A DNA stretch of 64,000 nt from Eledone cirrhosa. Its lineage: Eukaryota. Below the pieces are notes generated by a model that ran no database searches, was not told the origin of the DNA, and was given only the letters and a program-made list of their open reading frames with translations. Every line of letters starts with the position of its first letter. Position 1 is the stretch's first letter. Below, piece by piece: positions 15,773-29,800 of the stretch. Made by a program: the position numbers and the translations under genes. The stretch is taken from positions 4,278,001 to 4,342,000 of the forward strand of contig OZ024753.1 of the NCBI GenBank assembly GCA_964016885.1, in the 5' to 3' direction.

Positions 15773-16162
15773 ATATGTATATATGTATGTATGCATGTAT
15801 GTGCGTGCGTGTATTTACATGTGCGTTTGTATATGTGTAGATGTGCGTATGTGTCTGCGTGCATGCATGCATTCATGATTATACGTTATAATATACATAC
15901 CTATGTTATAACTTTATTTCAATGTATGTATCTTTTATTTTTATGAACAAGCATTATATATGTATGTATATACAATTATATATATATACATATATATGGA
16001 AGTATAGGGAAGTAATCTGCCATCGATCTCTTTCATGCTCTTTTTCATGTGCGTTTTATCATTCCGATCTTTGGCTGGATCTCAGAAAATTTTGTAAAGA
16101 AATGAATGTTAATATTATCATTGAGGATTGTGTGATGTCGAATATGTCTAACGTTATATAAA

Positions 16163-16712
16163 TACTAGCAGTGGTACCCGGCGTTGCACGGAATAAGGTA
16201 TTTTGGAACGCGCGCCGCCGTGGAAAACTGTATGCCTAGAAAATATGTAAAGAAAATAAACCGAATACTCTGATGGCAGGATAATCTAAGATTTTCCTCG
16301 ATGAAGCAGGAAAAATGCAGGTTTTCACCTAATCCCGGCCCTGGGTGATTAAGAAAATTATGTTTTCTTATGTGCATAATATGGCTTGAAATTTCGGGAA
16401 AATCGGCTAGCCGTAACGTCTCAAAAAAGACCTACAAAGCTGAAAAAAATGAAGTTTTTCACCTAATGCGGGCCCTAGGCCATAAAAAAGTTGGATTTTC
16501 TTTGCTCATGGTATGAAGAAGAGACTGACAAATACATTTCAAGGAAATCGGTCTGAGGTAACGCCTCAAAAAAACCCTAAAAAGCTGAAAAAACGCAGTT
16601 TTTCACCTAATGGATAAAAAAGTTAAATTTTTTTTATGTGCATAACACTCCCTGAAACATAAGTAATACACATGTAAAGTTTGAAAAATTCGGTTGGGTA
16701 CTTCTCGGGTTT

Positions 16713-16744
<32 letters not shown>

Positions 16745-16797
16745 CATACAGACAGACATCCTTCCTCAGTTTTATATATATATATACATATATAGAT
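16163..16797 (+). mobile_element. Helentron-associated/DINE-1-like non-autonomous rolling-circle element
   Basis: 5' TACTAGCAGTGGTACCCGGCGTTGCACGG; about 3 internal ~140-bp repeats (TTTTCACCTAAT at ~16322, ~16456, ~16600); (CA)/(CAGA) microsatellite then TTTTATATATA...TAGAT end. Confidence 0.6.
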
Positions 16798-16945
16798 TAA
16801 AATAACAGATTAAAGTTTAAACAAAGAATCGTTGCTTTCACCCTTAACGGGATCTTCTGAAACTAAACACATCAATCTGTGAACGCAGAAGTAAATATTT
16901 CGAAAAACGTTGCAACCGAAGGAAAAGAGGAAGATGATACTTTGG
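16797..16945. mobile_element. Family A fragment
   Basis: Matches 4748-4885. Confidence 0.75.
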
Positions 16946-17109
16946 TTCGTGGAGACGTTCCCTGGCAATGAACGGAGAATAGCGAACAACATACGTCACC
17001 AATGTTCATCAGAATGTCGTAATGCAGACATCAGGCATACAGACAGATATTATAAGACCGCGACGGAGATGGATAACCGGCGCCTAACACCCCTTTAGAT
17101 CGCAAGGAA

Positions 17110-17257
17110 TATATAAATGCAAGTTTGAAGTCAATCGGAGTAGAAATGTGGATTTGTATAGAATTTTCAAAAATGAGGACACGTACACCACCACCACCAC
17201 CACCACCAACAATAATAATAATAATAATTAAAAAACAACAGTTTTATATATATAGAT
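17110..17257 (+). mobile_element. 3' fragment of a second HINE/DINE-like element
   Basis: AAGTTTGAAGTCAATCGG, microsatellite (CAC)n(AAT)n, terminal CAGTTTTATATATATAGAT like 16767-16797. Confidence 0.45.
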
Positions 17258-19090
17258 GTATATTGACTCTACAATATATATACAGTGAATAGAATCGACA
17301 TGACCTACTTCTACAGGACAGCATATTTATTAGGTGAATAATTAACCTTCTCAATATTCGAACATTAAGGACTGATAATAAAAAAAGCTATACTGCACTA
17401 TAGCAAATGTTATATTTTGCTGAATAATGGCAATATCATACATTAATTGATATAACTCGATGCCTTGCTGTAAGAGGTGCATACATTAACGTTTGTATGT
17501 TGTCCTCTTTTATATGGTAACATTCTCACTATTATATATTTCATATATTAATAAAGTCTGTAATTCCTCAGACTAAATTAGATGTTTTCGTATTTTTGCT
17601 TAGATTCACCATTAATCTCTTTGGTTGTTAATAAAATAATCCTAACCATACAGAGAAATCAAAAACTTATTTACATTACATTTGTTGAGCTTGACACATA
17701 TATAATTCCTTGAGCAGTGTAATTATGCGAATATCTCTGTAATTTTAAGAATTCACATTCTTCCATTTGGAAATATATAGAGTTATAAATCTATGGATAT
17801 ACATAACATGAATTACTACCTCGAAATGAATTCATACACATTTATATATTTGCCAATCATTCCCTCATCTCTAAAAACAACTACACCCCCCAAAACAACA
17901 ACCGTGATACAACATCTGTCTATCTACTTAATCTGTATTGCAAACCTTACTAGTGCACATATGTATAATTATATTTTAGATGTCAATGTTTATTTGTAAA
18001 TCTATAAAGATATATTTTGGTTACATATAACAGCGTGCATTTAAACATTCTTATATGCAGATCAATATTTATCATCGGCATCATGTTTACCTTAATTTTA
18101 TATAACATTTCGATTCATCTCATTGATTATAATAGATCAGGAATCAATTGTTTTAGCGACATCTAATATGTGAGAAAACCTCTTTAGAATATACGCATTA
18201 TTATTGGAAAATATTTACTTGGGCATCTGCACAACTACTACAAACTTATTTCGCATATTATGAAATATATGCTAGACTTACTGTTGTGGTTGAGTTTTGT
18301 TTTATTTCAATCTCATCAACGAGTATGCCGACACGGATGACAGAGAATATGGACTTCATGCCGAGTATCCATGACTGTCCAGTTCGAAGTAGGTAGGAAA
18401 TACACTGGGAATTATGGTGAAATGCGTGGTGGCTAATCCGTATCTGGTAGTTTTATGTGAATATATCAAATAACAAACTCTCAGATATACGTGTGTAAAG
18501 GCCCGACATAAATACTTCAAGCGTTCAATACAATCACTTACAATGTGGCAGTAGGGCAGGCGTTGTTTTGTATAGATAAATAATTATGTGTGTAGTTTTG
18601 TAAACGTAGTGTTCAATTATGTATATATCCATTTAAATGGAATTGCAATTAAATATTTGAGGTCAATTCTACGGTAAATAAGCAATTTACAACAATTCTT
18701 ATCGTCTTTGATGGAACATTGATCAATTATGTTAGATTCAGATACGATATTTTCTATTACTGGGTGGAAATTTATCTTTCACATTTCGACATTCTCAGTA
18801 AATAAGTATAGAGTAATGCATGCGTTTCATATCTTACAGAATAGTTTGCTTAGATTCTATTCAAAATCTGGCGTTTACTCAGCATTGGCTTTTAACTTTT
18901 TACATCATTGCTGATGAAAATATGAAGATGAATATAGGTAGTTTATAATCATACATAACGCTAGTCTATGCGTGTGGATGTGTGCATGTTTGGCCATGTG
19001 TTTCTGAGTGTCATTGTGCGGGGGAGTCGCAAGTGTGTGTGTGCTTGTAATGAGAAACACGCTTATAAGTCTGTCAATAAGAAATATAAT

Positions 19091-19275
19091 TGTTTCTACT
19101 TTTGGCACAACGCCAGCAATTACTCAGTTCATTACTGGTACTTTATTTTATCGACTCCGTAAGGATGAAAGGCAAAGTTAATATTGGCGGGATTTGAACT
19201 CAGAATGGCAAGGGCCGTAAATCTATGCGTCAAAGCATGGCGTCCGACCCTATACCGATACTGCCAATCCACCGC
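19091..19275 (-). mobile_element. tRNA-derived SINE, full length
   Basis: Reverse complement of the 3861/58888 family. Confidence 0.92.
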
Positions 19276-19517
19276 AAGTCAAGTGGCGTAGCTGCAATAA
19301 ATATCTACAGAGTCAATATTGTTTTACACACCGAATGAATTGGATTTCTACGCTTCACGGGCAAAGGTTAATTTCTATATATATACCTGCATATAAGTCC
19401 CTGAATCTACTAATCACTGAAGTCCATATTGCCAGGTGTCCCCATTTTCCTATGAACCGATCTAGTCAAGGAAAACATCACCGGAATCTTCAAGGAAAAT
19501 ACTGATATGTTTGTTGA

Positions 19518-20631
19518 TATAAATATATATATAAACATATATATATATATATAAACATATATATATATATATAAACATATATATATATATATAAACATAT
19601 ATATATAAACATATATATATATATAAACATATATATATATATATAAACATATATATATATATAAACATATATATATATATATAAACATATATATATATAT
19701 ATAAACGTATATATATATATAAACATATATATATATATATAAACATATATATATATATAAACATATATATATATATAAACATATATATATATATAAACAT
19801 ATATATATATATATAAACATATATATATATATAAACATATATATATATATAAACATATATATATATATAAACATATATATACATATAAACATATATATAT
19901 ATATAAACATATATATATATAAACATATATATATATAAACATATATATATATATAAACATATATATATATATAAACATATATATATATATAAACATATAT
20001 ATATATATAAACATATATATATATATAAACATATATATATATATAAACATATATATATATATAAACATATATATATATATAAACATATATATATATATAA
20101 ACATATATATATATATAAACATATATATATATATAAACATATATATATATATAAACATATATATATATATAAACATATATATATATATATAAACTTATAT
20201 ATATATATATAAACTTATATATATATATATAAACTTATATATATATAAACTTATATATATATAACCATATATATATATATATATAAACATATATATATAT
20301 ATATAAACTTATATATATATAACCATATATATATATATATATAAACATATATATATATATAAACATATATATATATATAAACATATATATAAATATATAA
20401 ACATATATATATATAAATATATAAACATATATATAAATATATAAACATATATATATATAAATATATATATATAAATATATGTATATAAATATATATATAT
20501 AAATATATATATATAAATATATGTATATAAATATATATATATAAATATAAATATATAAATATATATATATAAATATAAATATATATATATAAATATAAAT
20601 ATATATATATAAATATAAATATATATATATA

Positions 20632-20667
<36 letters not shown>

Positions 20668-20680
20668 AATATATATATAA

Positions 20681-20720
<40 letters not shown>
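19518..20720. repeat. Higher-order minisatellite (TA)nAAAC, ~18-22-bp unit, shifting to AAACTT and TAAA variants
   Basis: Direct reading. Confidence 0.95.
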
Positions 20721-20722
<2 letters not shown>

Positions 20723-21284
20723 TTAGCAGTGTAATACGGGGAATTTTGTTTTTACTTCCGAATATGTAATAACGGTGAAATGGCGTTAATTGGAAAAAAA
20801 AAGTGGAAAGAATAAGTAGAATATTTTTTCTGCTTTCCGGAGGACTTGGGTATTTTCCATTTTCTAAGGAATAACTTTAGAACTGAAATAGGAGACTGGC
20901 GCAAATATGCTACCGTAAATAAGCAGTGTGAATATTAAACTAGTGTGCGTCCGTTTCTATTGGAAAGTAATGAGTTTTTCTTGGCTCCTCTTTAATACCT
21001 TTCAAATAAACACCAGGGGAAAGATGCAATTAAATACTTAGTAACGTAAAAGGGACAATGGTCTACATGGAAAGAGAGGTTGTATGAGATGTTTAGCTGG
21101 AAAACAGATTTTTAAATAGAAACGGAATGGGCCATCAATGGTGTCGACGATGATATATTACTTTTGTGTAATTGACGTGTAAGTGACTGGGGATTCTTTA
21201 GGCAGGTGAAACCCAAAACGTAGTGTACTTTGAGATTCAGCGTGTTACTGCACGTGTAACAAGAGTGTTACTTTTAATTCCAGA

Positions 21285-21449
21285 TACTAGATTCGACTGA
21301 AAAGTTCATAGGTTGACCAAGATACTCTCATGGACTGACTAAATGACGTTTAGCTTTCAACGTAATCCATGGAAAGAAAGAATCAAATTATTAATAAGAA
21401 GACTTTAAATTTAATTATCCAAATCATGAACTGTTCAGTCCAACCTGGC
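21285..21449. mobile_element. Degenerate Tc1/mariner-type MITE
   Basis: Decayed TIRs TACTAGATTCGACTGAAAAGTTCATAG and TCATGAACTGTTCAGTCCAACCTGG. Confidence 0.5.
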
Positions 21450-22509
21450 CCAGTTTAAGCTGCACTGTAGAAGGCTAAACATCTTGAAATACATATATCT
21501 GGATCTCAGTGGATACTGATGTAGTTGTGCTATGATGATACATTTTCCCATTCAGTATGCACGTGCTTATAGTTAAACGGATTTTAGTGTGTTTCTCTCC
21601 TTAAACTGTGTTAGTTCTCCTACTAATTCATACTTGCCGGTCAAGATAGTAACCATATATAAATAAGCCATACTTGACCATGATTTATTCTCAAAACATG
21701 AGAATACACGAATTTAAGTACCGCAGTATATCGTAAGAGGAAAGGACTACTGAATATGAATAGAAATCATAAAATACACAAATTATGCTCTTGCACGGAT
21801 ACTGAATTAGGTATAGTTGGATCAAAGACTAAAATAGACACACGATACGACTTGTAAGTTTATTATATTTACACATTACATATATTGGTAAATATACGCT
21901 TCTATTCTGAAACAAACTGTGCTATTAAATGCACACACACACACACACACACATATATGTAATCTAAAATTGCTGACTGAACTCAAACGTGTTTTTCTTC
22001 AAAGAAATGCTTTTGATCCCTTCTAACGTTGTATTTCTATTTTATCTTTTTTGTTTCTCATTCTATCTTCTGATGAATGACTAGAGGCCGAAACAGGAAG
22101 AGTTTTTCCTACTAAATCAAGCAAAAACTAGTATATTTCGTCATTCTACACTATAGTTCGTTTGCTTGTTTCCGTTTACATTTCGCATCTATCTATCTGT
22201 CTATCTCTGCGGATGACATGCTATTGGCGAGAATGGTATTAGGCTAATTGTTTAATGGAAAAAACGAAGGCTGCTTTATCAGGGCTAACGTGCGTGTACT
22301 AAGAAACTAAAGAAAGAAACTTGTTCGAAGGGGACGAGAAGCGGAAGTGCAGCGTGGTAGCAACATTTCGATTCTTTCGTTGACGAACCGACACCAACGT
22401 TTGCTGATCGATTCCAAACAGACCGCTGGGCATTTAACCAGTACTGCTCGAATATTCGGGGAGGGTTGGGGTTATGGAGAAGGTAGCGAACTTTAGTTCC
22501 TACCTCGAC

Positions 22510-22595
22510 GGTACCAGTAGCGTACTGGGGCCGCTTTAATCAACTTCCCCTCCCCCAGAATTGTTGGCCTTGAGCCAAAATAAGAAACCATTATT
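22510..22595 (+). mobile_element. 3' fragment of an older SINE subfamily
   Basis: GTACCAGT...ACTGGGG...CCCCTCCCCCAGAATTGTTGGCCTTGAGCCAAAA..GAAACC then an (ATT)n tail. Confidence 0.65.
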
Positions 22596-22621
22596 CTTAT
22601 TATTATTATTTGTATATATCA

Positions 22622-22802
22622 GGGCGGTGGATTGGCAGTATCGGTAGAAGGTCCGACATGCTTTCCAGCATAGTTACGTCCCCTTACGATCTGAGTTCAA
22701 ATCTCGCCGAGTTAACTTTGCCTTTCATCCTTAGGGTGTCGATAAAATAAAGTACCAGTAATGTACTGGGTAATTGTTGGCCTTGTGCCAAAAGTAGAAA
22801 TA
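22622..22802 (+). mobile_element. tRNA-derived SINE inserted into the tail of the older SINE
   Basis: Family match; 17-bp TSD ATTATTTGTAT(A/T)TATCA at 22605-22621 and 22803-22819. Confidence 0.92.
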
Positions 22803-25800
22803 ATTATTTGTATTTATCAATATATACACACACGTATATATATACTCTGTTACGTAAAGAAGTTCACATAGATAGAATGTAAGTATTGAAAGTAAGTGGG
22901 TTGATGTATAGGGAAGGTATAATGCTCGTAAAGTACATCTTTTGTATAACAGGATGAAATCAAGCTTTCGATATAATGATTCGTATTTCTAACGTATACA
23001 TTATATTGTTATGAAATACAAGCACATTCTCCCTATCGAAATCACTGCTCTTCCTTTTAAAGCTCCACTTACACGATTGTTATGTTTAAATTCCTACATC
23101 CATACCCCATTAACTGGACAAAGTTTCTGAATCTATGATGCCAAGTGAATCTAATTGAACAGAGAAATTCTATTCCAAGTACATCTATTATAGGAACAAA
23201 CTGTGTATGTGAACTACTGAAAGCAATAATTCTAAACACGAAAGAGCTAATCATGTAGTCAATTCCCATCAGATGTTGGACATTTGATAATAAAGGTATT
23301 TGATGATTGTGGATCATATAGCTGTACGATAAAAATAAACGAGACTCGCGGAAAGACAATCAACGAATAAAATACATTTACTGATGTACGGCAGAAAAGT
23401 ACGAATAATTCATCATGGAATTCAGGAATAGGTCAAATTTTAATATTTTCAATAAGCGGATCATATTTCTAACAATAATCTTTATTCGTGGAATATATCA
23501 GACGATGCTGTTGGTGTTCTGCTTTTTAGTTCCATGTTAGCATTCATGAAGCATACCTATAATCAAAGATATTTCAACTCTAAATTTATTTTTACGATAC
23601 AGAGAATCACATTTACGTACATGTCTTTCCCTTATATGAAGATGTTAGGGGAGATATCATGTTGGTTTTCTTGCTAATTCTTGATGATCGAACAACCACG
23701 TAATGTATCTATAATTAGCTGCTGTAATAGTCGATACAATGTAATGTGCATCTAATAGTTTTATAAGGGAACTTTTAGCAAATACTAATACACGCCACAG
23801 AGAAAATTATACATACTTAAATCATACAAATACTCTCCGAATAAAAAGCCAATGTGTAAAGATAATCTCAACTATATTTTTCACTACGTTGATAATTGGT
23901 GGATTTAACATAATATTCGCAGGGTAGAATTCGATATTTGGTGGAAATTGTCTCATATATTTCATGTTTCATATCTTAACACATACATTTTATAACGGAA
24001 CGCTTATTTGTGTGTCCTGCGTACACAGTGCGCCATTGTCATTTCCTTTTGTATTGGCTTTATGTTCATGATGTACATTAATTATAATTTTCTACATCAA
24101 CTTACAATGATAATTGTCGCAGTACAATGTTATATCATAGGTTAATGGGAGTTAAACGTTTGTTACATTTCCATACCACATAAATCGGTGACATTTTGTC
24201 GGATAAATGACGAATAAAGAGAATAAGTTAATTCAATGTGTTTTTGTTAAGTACACAAAAAGAAATGCGTCTTTTATAATGCGAGGAAAGGCCAATGCAG
24301 AACGAGCACATGATATTCCTGTATGACAATTAAACGGTTGTTTTGTTAATCATATTATTACTCAAACAATGGAAACCCCATAAACTCGACACGTACTACC
24401 CGTACAACGAGGACGGAAAAGTTTACCTTCTATTTTTCAGATCAACAAGGTCTGAAGTATTGCATATGCTATGGACAATTGGCTACATCTGTGTTTATAC
24501 TTAGATAAATTCGTCCAATATATCAACATTTCTGTGATGTGAGTCCATCATTTTGAGATTTGAATTTTTATGTTGCGGGATCACGGACGCATTTCTCAAC
24601 CAGTTATCTGAATAAATATTGGTGAATTTATCATGTAATGTTAGGTGACCTATTACAGAGTCTAATCATCTGTTGACATTTACAAGAGTGGGTGCATGGT
24701 ATTTGTCCAATGGTACGCCTTCAGACGTTACAATACTTTCGAGTGTATTTCTCCAAAGAAATGCATAGCAGTGGGTATAATATTAAACACACCCAGTAGC
24801 CATGTTTATGATTCGGATATATATACTGTTCTAACATCTAGATAATTTCAATGCAATGTTCAAAAGGAAGGAAGAAAATATTATGCAATTAATGCTGAAA
24901 TCATTGAAGCAGTTTGCTGTCTACATTCTCTCAAGTAACAACTACAGAATTCGAAACCCACAATCAATTACAGTGCGCGGCCTTGGGCCCCAATTCAGTA
25001 TTCCATGCACATAAGACGAGAATATGACTAAAAATATGCGTGGGGTTCTGACATCATTTCAAAAACATATGCCATGAATTTTCTTCATTCATACGAAGAA
25101 TGTAAGAATGAAAATCTTTATCGAACACAGAAGAGCGTAATGTAAATTGGCCTCGATATGATATGAAAGCAAAACGTAGAAACTAGGTACCGCAAAGCTT
25201 TATCAATACTAATAACGCAACTGACGAATGACCCTCAGCTACGTTAATAAATGAAGACTATTTGATAATAAGCACTGGGATTGTATAACGATTTTCCACG
25301 CATCAAATGAATCAAATTCAAATTCTTAGAAACAATTTAATGTCTAAAACTAATAAAAAGTAGAATGTTAAATGAAAGATTTGCTTCAACAAACTTGTTC
25401 ACTCTGCATTTTCTTTCAGACAAATATATACCCACGTGTTCACACATACATACGCATGCAGACAAGGGCACAGACAAGCATGAACTTATACTATATATTA
25501 TCTCTTCTACAGATTCTAGGGATGACTTCATAAAAGTAGATCCCTTCTTTGATTGCAATAAGATTATTGTAATTTTATATACATAATATTTATATGACAA
25601 TAAGCTCCTGGTAGACAGACATTTATTTTAGTCATTTAATTATAGAATTTAGATAAGCTAAAGAAGTGGCAATATATATCCAGTAAAATCATACATTCTG
25701 ATAACTTGGCTATGAAAAGAGAAATATGTTAATAAAGACGTATTGTTCCAAAATATATATATTTATATATATTAATGAAGGATTGTCTACGGCAAATATA

Positions 25801-25991
25801 TTTTTAGCGTGGACACTTATTAAATGTTGTAATATTACGAGACAAATGTGTAGAAGCGTGTGGTACTGTTTTTCAGTTCTTGATATTGTAATGATAAAAT
25901 TAATACAAGTATAAAATTAAAAAGTTATAAACACAGAGAGATTTCAACACCGCTTGATAAATTCACAGAGGCACAGGCAGGTGCACGCACA

Positions 25992-26079
<88 letters not shown>

Positions 26080-26229
26080 TGTATATATAGTTTCAGAAGA
26101 TCCCGTTAAGGGGGAATGCAGCGATTCTTTGATTACACTTTAATATGTTATTTTAATAAATATTATATATATTTATATATAATATATATATAGATATATA
26201 TATATATATATATATAGAAATATATATAT

Positions 26230-26440
26230 TATAAAGTGAGGTTTTTTTACAAAATGAAAAATAACCGAGGTGTCCTACACGAGTGAACGTATGAAGAAAA
26301 AAAGATGAAACCGAAAATGCAACTGGAGTCTTATTTTTTCAAAAAATATATATATTTATTTGGTTCCTTTACCGGTTTCGCAGTTCTTCTGCTTTTCAAA
26401 AGTAGAGTTGAGATGGACGGTCTGTGGTTTTTCTCACATC
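26230..26440 (-). mobile_element. Short TA-flanked insert with degenerate hammerhead core (Penelope-like remnant)
   Basis: Minus strand CTT-TTGAAAA-GCAG.AAGAA.CTGC-GAAA-CCGG-TA-AAG at about 26367-26402. Confidence 0.5.
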
Positions 26441-26445
26441 TATAT

Positions 26446-26488
<43 letters not shown>

Positions 26489-27353
26489 TATATAATATAT
26501 ATAATATATATAATATATATAATATATATAATATATATAATATATATAATATATATAATATATATAATATATATAATATATAATATATATATAATATATA
26601 ATATATATAATATATATAATATATATAATATATAATATAATATATATATAATATATATATAATATATAATATAATATATAATATATATATAATATATATA
26701 TAATATATAATATATAATATATATATATAATATATATATAATATATATAAAAATATATATATAATATATATATAATATATATATAATATATATATAATAT
26801 ATATATAATATATATATAATATATATATAATATATAATATAATATATAATATATATATAATATATATATCATATATATATAATATATAATATATAATATA
26901 ATATATAATATATATATAATATATATATAATATATATATAATATATAATATAATATATAATATATATATAATATATATATAATATATATATAATATATAT
27001 ATAATATATAATATAATATATAATATATATATAATATATATATAATATATATATAATATATATATAATATATATATAATATATATATAATATATATATAA
27101 TATATATATAATATATATATAATATATATATAATATATATATAATATATAATATAATATATAATATAATATATATATAATATATAATATATATATAATAT
27201 AATATATAATATATATATAATATATATATAATATATATATAATATATATATATATAATATATATATATATATAATATATATATAATATAATATATAATAT
27301 ATATATAATATATATATAATATATATATAATATATATATAATATATAATATAT

Positions 27354-27396
<43 letters not shown>

Positions 27397-27430
27397 TATA
27401 ATATATATAATATATATATATATAATATAT

Positions 27431-27475
<45 letters not shown>

Positions 27476-28571
27476 TATAATATATATATATATATAATAT
27501 ATATATATATATAATATATATATATATATAATATATAATATATATATAATATATATATACTATATATATAAAATATAATATATATATACTATATATATAA
27601 TATATATAATATATATATTTAATATATATAATATATATATAATATATTTATATAATATATATATAATATATATATAATATATATATAATATATATATAAT
27701 ATATATATATATATAATATAAATATAATATATATATATATAATATAAATATAATATATATATATAATATATATATATAATATATATATATATATATAATA
27801 TAAATATAATATATATATATATAATATAAATATAATATATATATATAATATATATATATAATATATATATATATATAATATATATATAATATATATATTA
27901 TATATGATATATATAATATATATATTTATATAAATAATATATTTATATATAATATATATATTTATATAAATAATATATTTATATATAATATATATAATAT
28001 ATATATAATATATTTATATATATAATATGTATAATATATATATAATATATTTATATATATAATATATATAATATATATAATATATATATAATATATTTAT
28101 ATATATAATATATATAATATATATATAATATAATATATATATAATATATTTATATATATAATATATATAATATAATATATATATAATATATTTATATATA
28201 TAATATAATATATATCATATATTTATATATATAATATATATATAATATATAATATATATATAATATATATATAATATATATATAATATATATATAATATA
28301 TATAATATATATAATATATATAATATATATAATATAATATAATATAATATATTCATATATAATATAATATATTTATATATATAATATATATATATATATA
28401 ATATATATAATATATATAATATATAATATAATATATTTATATATAATATAATATATTTATATATAATATAATATATTTATATATAATATAATATATTTAT
28501 ATATATAATATATATATATATATATAATATATATAATATATATAATATATATAATATATATATATATAATA
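26441..28571. repeat. (TA)n/(TATATATAA)n array
   Basis: About 2.1 kb almost purely A/T, with 9-11-bp higher-order units. Confidence 0.97.
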
Positions 28572-28952
28572 TACAATATTAAATAAATGGAAACTATATT
28601 TATAAAACCATATTTATTTCATTATATATATTTCAGGGATAACATATTAACAATATGCTATGCCGTTTCGGACGATAATAATACAGTTTTGCAAGATAAG
28701 TCAACATGAATGGATCTGGTATTTTTATCTAAAGACATTTTTTCCAATTCCAAATCTATCTATCGTCCGAAACGGCATAGCATATTGTTAATATGTTATC
28801 CCTGAAATATATATAATGAAATAAATATGGTTTTATAAATATAGTTTCCATTTATTTAATATTGTAAATATACTCCAAATATTTGTCGAGTGCTTTTATA
28901 TCAGTTATAAATATTTACTAGTTGTAACACAACAATTTAAATATAACTTTCC
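28572..28952. mobile_element. Fold-back repeat family B (Penelope-like inverted pLTR)
   Basis: Perfect 106-bp inverted arms 28572-28677 and 28761-28866 with an 83-bp spacer; the right arm continues to 28952; TA on both sides; diverged copy at 45080-45265. Confidence 0.7.
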
Positions 28953-28974
28953 ATATATATAATATATATATATA

Positions 28975-29044
<70 letters not shown>

Positions 29045-29539
29045 TATATATATATAATATATATAATATATATATATAATATATATATAATATATATATA
29101 AATATAATATATAAATATAATATATATATAATATAGATTATATTCTTCCGTTATGAGGAAATTCAAACGTATTGGTATATTTATCAAAATGGTATTTATT
29201 ACATTTATTCCTGGATTTGTATCTCTCATCTACCTTCGACATACTTTCTTCAATATGTTTTTCACAAATTTCACTGATTGAAATTTAATATCGTATAACA
29301 CTTTAAATCAAAATATTTTATTTTTTTCGGAGAGAAAATATAAGAAAGAGAAGTGTGTAGAATAATAATGTCTAATTGTTTCCAAAGCTTAGATAAATGA
29401 GTTGTTGTTTTTCTCTGTGCTAATACCATATAACAATTCAGTTTTACTTCCAGCTCTTTCGTTTTCAACTGGGTAGGATGTTGAAGGATATAAGAAAAGA
29501 GAATGAAGAATAGATAAAATCACAGGCAGCAAAGCTTAG

Positions 29540-29800
29540 TGTTAAAAGCTGTACCTTCAGTCGAAAAGTATATTAATGAGGAATGCCTAAGCTTCCACCC
29601 TCCTCCATTAGAGTAAAGAACATATACTGGAACCACTGGGGATTTTAGGGCCTCCAGCTCTTTAATATGCTCGCAAAAATCCTATGAGCTATGAATATTC
29701 TGGATGACGGTGTGGTCAATGCTTATATTGACTCTCCACTGACTATCACCTTAGATGAGTCAACGGTTATTGAAGGAGTGACGGCTGTAGAGATTGTCCT
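29540..29800 (+). pseudogene. Decayed CR1-type LINE ORF2 3' end
   Basis: Reads YWNHWGF*GLQLFNMLAK...IDSPLTITLDEST, resembling the NSLxFRGPQLFNxLP...LDxxLxxxPDEP motif of CR1 C-termini. Confidence 0.5.

Noticed and set aside
22066-22102. CTGATGA...CGAAAC hammerhead candidate
   Set aside because: Stem II does not pair and there is no valid UH site; at best a heavily decayed remnant
22230-22500. CpG-richer patch with an ETS-like CGGAAGTG, possible promoter
   Set aside because: No associated exon or ORF, and a single motif is expected by chance
22850-25900. Possible host exons in the non-repetitive stretches
   Set aside because: No ORF with a recognisable domain or credible splice-bounded coding signal; small exons cannot be excluded
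28572-28866. Inverted repeats interpreted as MITE TIRs or microRNA precursors
   Set aside because: One arm continues into further family sequence (confirmed by the 45-kb copy), so the repeats are not terminal; the arms are too long and repeat-derived for a miRNA call
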